A stretch of 64,000 bases of DNA from the human T2T-CHM13v2.0 reference genome, Homo sapiens, in NCBI RefSeq assembly GCF_009914755.1, contig NC_060936.1, one strand, 5' to 3'. Positions 60,261 through 64,000 of this stretch are shown here, in pieces. The notes under the pieces are model-generated. The model did no database searches. It saw nothing but the letters and a program-made list of their open reading frames with translations, and was not told where the DNA came from. Position numbers and translations under genes: made by a program. Position 1 is the stretch's first letter. Every line of letters begins with the position of its first letter.

Positions 60261-62829
60261 ATTTTTCAATCTGCACATCAGTCTTCTTGGGGAGGCTGAT
60301 TGCTCTATGACTCTCTTCCCATCTCCATGGTCCAAGCAGCAGTCAGTGCCATGGGCATCCTGTCCACTGCAGGGCGCGGTGAGTAAGGAGAAAGCAGGGA
60401 GGTTGGCTGTGCTCTCACCTGTCACCCACCTCAAGGATGAAAGTGCCTCCCAACCTGGTGGCTGCCCAGCACTCAGCGCTCAGTTGAGTCAAGGACGTGA
60501 ACACCCACCATAGTGAGGAAAATACTTTAGTCAGGCAAGAAGGTGTGATGCTGAGGATGTGAAGAGAAGCCTCTTTCGGATCCCCGGTGAGGGCTGTTCT
60601 CTAATAACCTTCATGAGGGGCAGTTGTGTAAAATGTGGCTCATTGTGTAAAATGCTATCCAGGAACATGGATAATGACCTGACCAGAGTCATGTTTATAG
60701 TTGCACTCTTAATTCTTAGGATGAATTATTAATAGTAGGGTATATTACATTCGCTTTAGAAATCTCTTTGGGAAGACACATGAATGCTTTTGTAAAAACA
60801 TATCAGCTTTTGAAGAATCGAAAGAAGTAATTAGTCTCAAAAAATTAAAGTGCACCTATAAAAAGGGAACATCAATGTACTATTCTATAATAGGCTCAGA
60901 GTTAATGCGGAACATTCCACAAAACACTCGTTCTTGGGGATTTATTTTCAACATTAGAAAGAAATACTCACTCTTGACATGACAGGATTCTTGTGAAGAG
61001 GTGTACTCTTTTTTAAAAATATGTACTTGACGTTCTTGTACCAATATGTACTTTGTAAACTCAGAGTATAATCTAAATTACAAAGATAGCTTGCAGCTTT
61101 TAAATAAAATAAATTTGCTCCGTTTTTCACCTTGCTTTTCAATGTTAATGAGTCATAGAAATACAATGTCCTATTGCATCCATTTGAGTTGAAGTCTTGT
61201 AATACAAGCTATAACTTTTTCTTCCTTCTAATTCTAAAGGGTTTGGTTTTTTAGGTTTAAAAATGAGTTTATTACTTACAGAACCATAAATTACTTAAGG
61301 GAAAGCATCCAAATCATATGGAATCACTCTCAGAAATTTTATTACTCCATATGTTGTAGTCAGTAGAACAAAGTTCTTAAATAAAATCCAGTGACAAATA
61401 TCTTAAGATGTTTAAAATCTTTTACTTTGTACATTTAAAGTATTTGTAGTTTGTATTAGGGAGTCTTATTTATATTTTTGAAATTCTTTTGCTATTCTTT
61501 ATAACTATTAATCATAATAGGCTGTTTGAAATGTTCACAAGAAACATTTAAAATTGTAATAGGAAAATTCTACACGGCTTTCTTGTTAAACTTTTTAAAA
61601 AGAAAAAATAATACTACACAATATATTAAAGTCAATTTTAAATAGGCCTCCCTTTAAATGCATATCTATTGTACACACAGGGAAACACAAACTATGTTTT
61701 ATAGTGTCCATTACCACTGTCCATTACAACTTACCAATAATAAACAAAATTTTTTTCTGTTAATTAGAAGTAGCACAAAGCTTTTTACAAATTAATATAT
61801 ATAATATCAGAGAAGAGTTCTTTTTCAATTTAACGAATTACTGCTGTAATTTTTTATTCCAAAAAAAATGCTGGAATAAATGCTTACTGGCTTACTTTGA
61901 TAGGTACCAAGAAATTCTCCAGCTCAAGTGATCTCCTTCATTCATGCCCCCAATTTTACCATGAGCACTAATTTCCTTTATGCTAAGATTTGTTTCTCCT
62001 GATGGGCTTTGTTTTGTTGTTGTTATTGTTTAAATGCCTTCTATTTCTGAGGACGTGATTATTAATAAATTCTCCATGTGCTTTAGTGTACTGATTCTGT
62101 CCAGTTGCTTTGCTCCCTGGAAAAGAAGGGTTTAGGGGAACAGGGATTCTGAAAGGGGTCAGAACCAAGAAGCATGCTTGCTATAGAGCCAGCCCAGAAC
62201 AACGTGTAACCATCACTGACCATATTGTGCCAACATCCTGTGTTTCTGGGTGGCAAATGTGTGTCAGGGGTATGTGTGAGTGTTTTGACCTGCCAGCCAT
62301 TTTAGCCTGTGGGCTAAAAATAGGACGGTAATTCAAAGTGTTCTATTTGTGCCTTAAAATGCCATTCTTATGCGGTCCTGTGAGGGGGACATAGATCTTT
62401 TTAAAGTAGGTAGGTCAGGCATCAACGGTTTGAGTAAGCTTTTCTTTGGGAGTACTCAGGTTAACATTGGATTGAATTAAGCCTTCAGTTAATATATGTG
62501 ACTGGTATAATTACTTCAGTAAGTATATTCATCCTTAATTTAGCAGATACTTTTAGAGCCCATGTGACATAGCAGGCACTTTTTTCTAGACTCCCAGGCT
62601 ACAAAAATAAACAGCACACAGTGCCTGCCCTCAAGAAATTCAGGGTCTCCTGACTATCAGAGGGTTAACTTTCACTCAGAACATTTGACACGTTATAAAG
62701 TACTTTAAAATATTATTACATTCATTAATATTATTTTATCATTAAAAGTAATATCAAATTTACTGAGCCCTTAACTATATGCCAGACATACGCCAAGCAA
62801 CTTATATTCATTATCTCAGTTGACACATA

Positions 62830-63055
62830 CAGTGTGTGATGGTTTAGAGCATGGCTCCTGTAGTTAGATGAACTGGATTTGAATTTAAATCCACCTCAAT
62901 CACTAGCTGTGATGACTTCAACATCTCAGTTAATACATCGGTATAAAATGCAGTTGATACTAACACCATCCCCACTGGAAAGCTGTAAGGGTTAAATGAG
63001 TAATTGTATAAAGTACTTAACATAGTTTTTGGTGGAGTAAGTGTTTAATAAATTT
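62830..63055 (+). mobile_element. MIR (with adjacent small MIR/L2 fragments at ~62520-62830)
   Basis: 'tggtttagagcatggctc...actagctgtg...taaaatg...gggttaaatgag...taagtgtttaataaat'. Confidence 0.7.
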
Positions 63056-63424
63056 CAGTTATTCTAACTATCAGCACTCTGAGAAGGGACATTCCTGCAT
63101 ATAGGACTTTCTGTCTTTTGGTACAAATCTTGTGCTTTCCCAAAGATAGAAGAAAACAATAGGAGACGGGAGTAAAAAGTCCAGTTGGTAACTCTTCTGT
63201 AGGAGGAATTTGGTCTTCTTTATCACTAAAAGTTTGTTTCAAGTTAGTATGAAGGCAAATCCTGTCCTTAAATGCTCATCTATGAACACCATAGAAGTTT
63301 GATTTACCCTCACTGGAGGCTGGGTTAGTCCCCATTAATCTTAAGGGGCTGGTTTGGTCTCCTTTGTAAGAACAGCCCAGAATGAGCAAAACAAATGTGC
63401 TATTTCTACTCCTCTATTAATACC

Positions 63425-64000
<576 letters not shown>

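Overview
Primate (human-like) genomic DNA, AT-rich, CpG-depleted and mostly made of interspersed repeats. I find no supportable cellular protein-coding gene, RNA gene, CpG island or CRISPR array; almost every ORF in the track is Alu-, L1- or LTR-derived or of chance length. The main structures are two complete, same-orientation LOR1-like (ERV1/MER4-group) non-autonomous proviruses (8024-21993, TSD GTAC; 41847-48860, tRNA-Glu PBS). The first hosts a complete antisense two-LTR ERV1 provirus (13560-19350) with a tRNA-His-like PBS and gag/IN/env remnants, which in turn hosts a LOR1-type solo LTR. There is also a 5'-truncated L1PA with a 431-aa RT fragment (catalytic D->N), older L1M/L2/MIR/MaLR elements, DNA transposons and about 20 Alus. 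The two LOR1 copies act as each other's empty-site control and expose local mutational scars. I see no convincing new biological system; the best leads are the nested-ERV architecture, template-switch palindromes and a three-arm Alu. Repeat family names are from recognition of consensus sequences and need RepeatMasker/Dfam confirmation; boundaries of old repeats are approximate.
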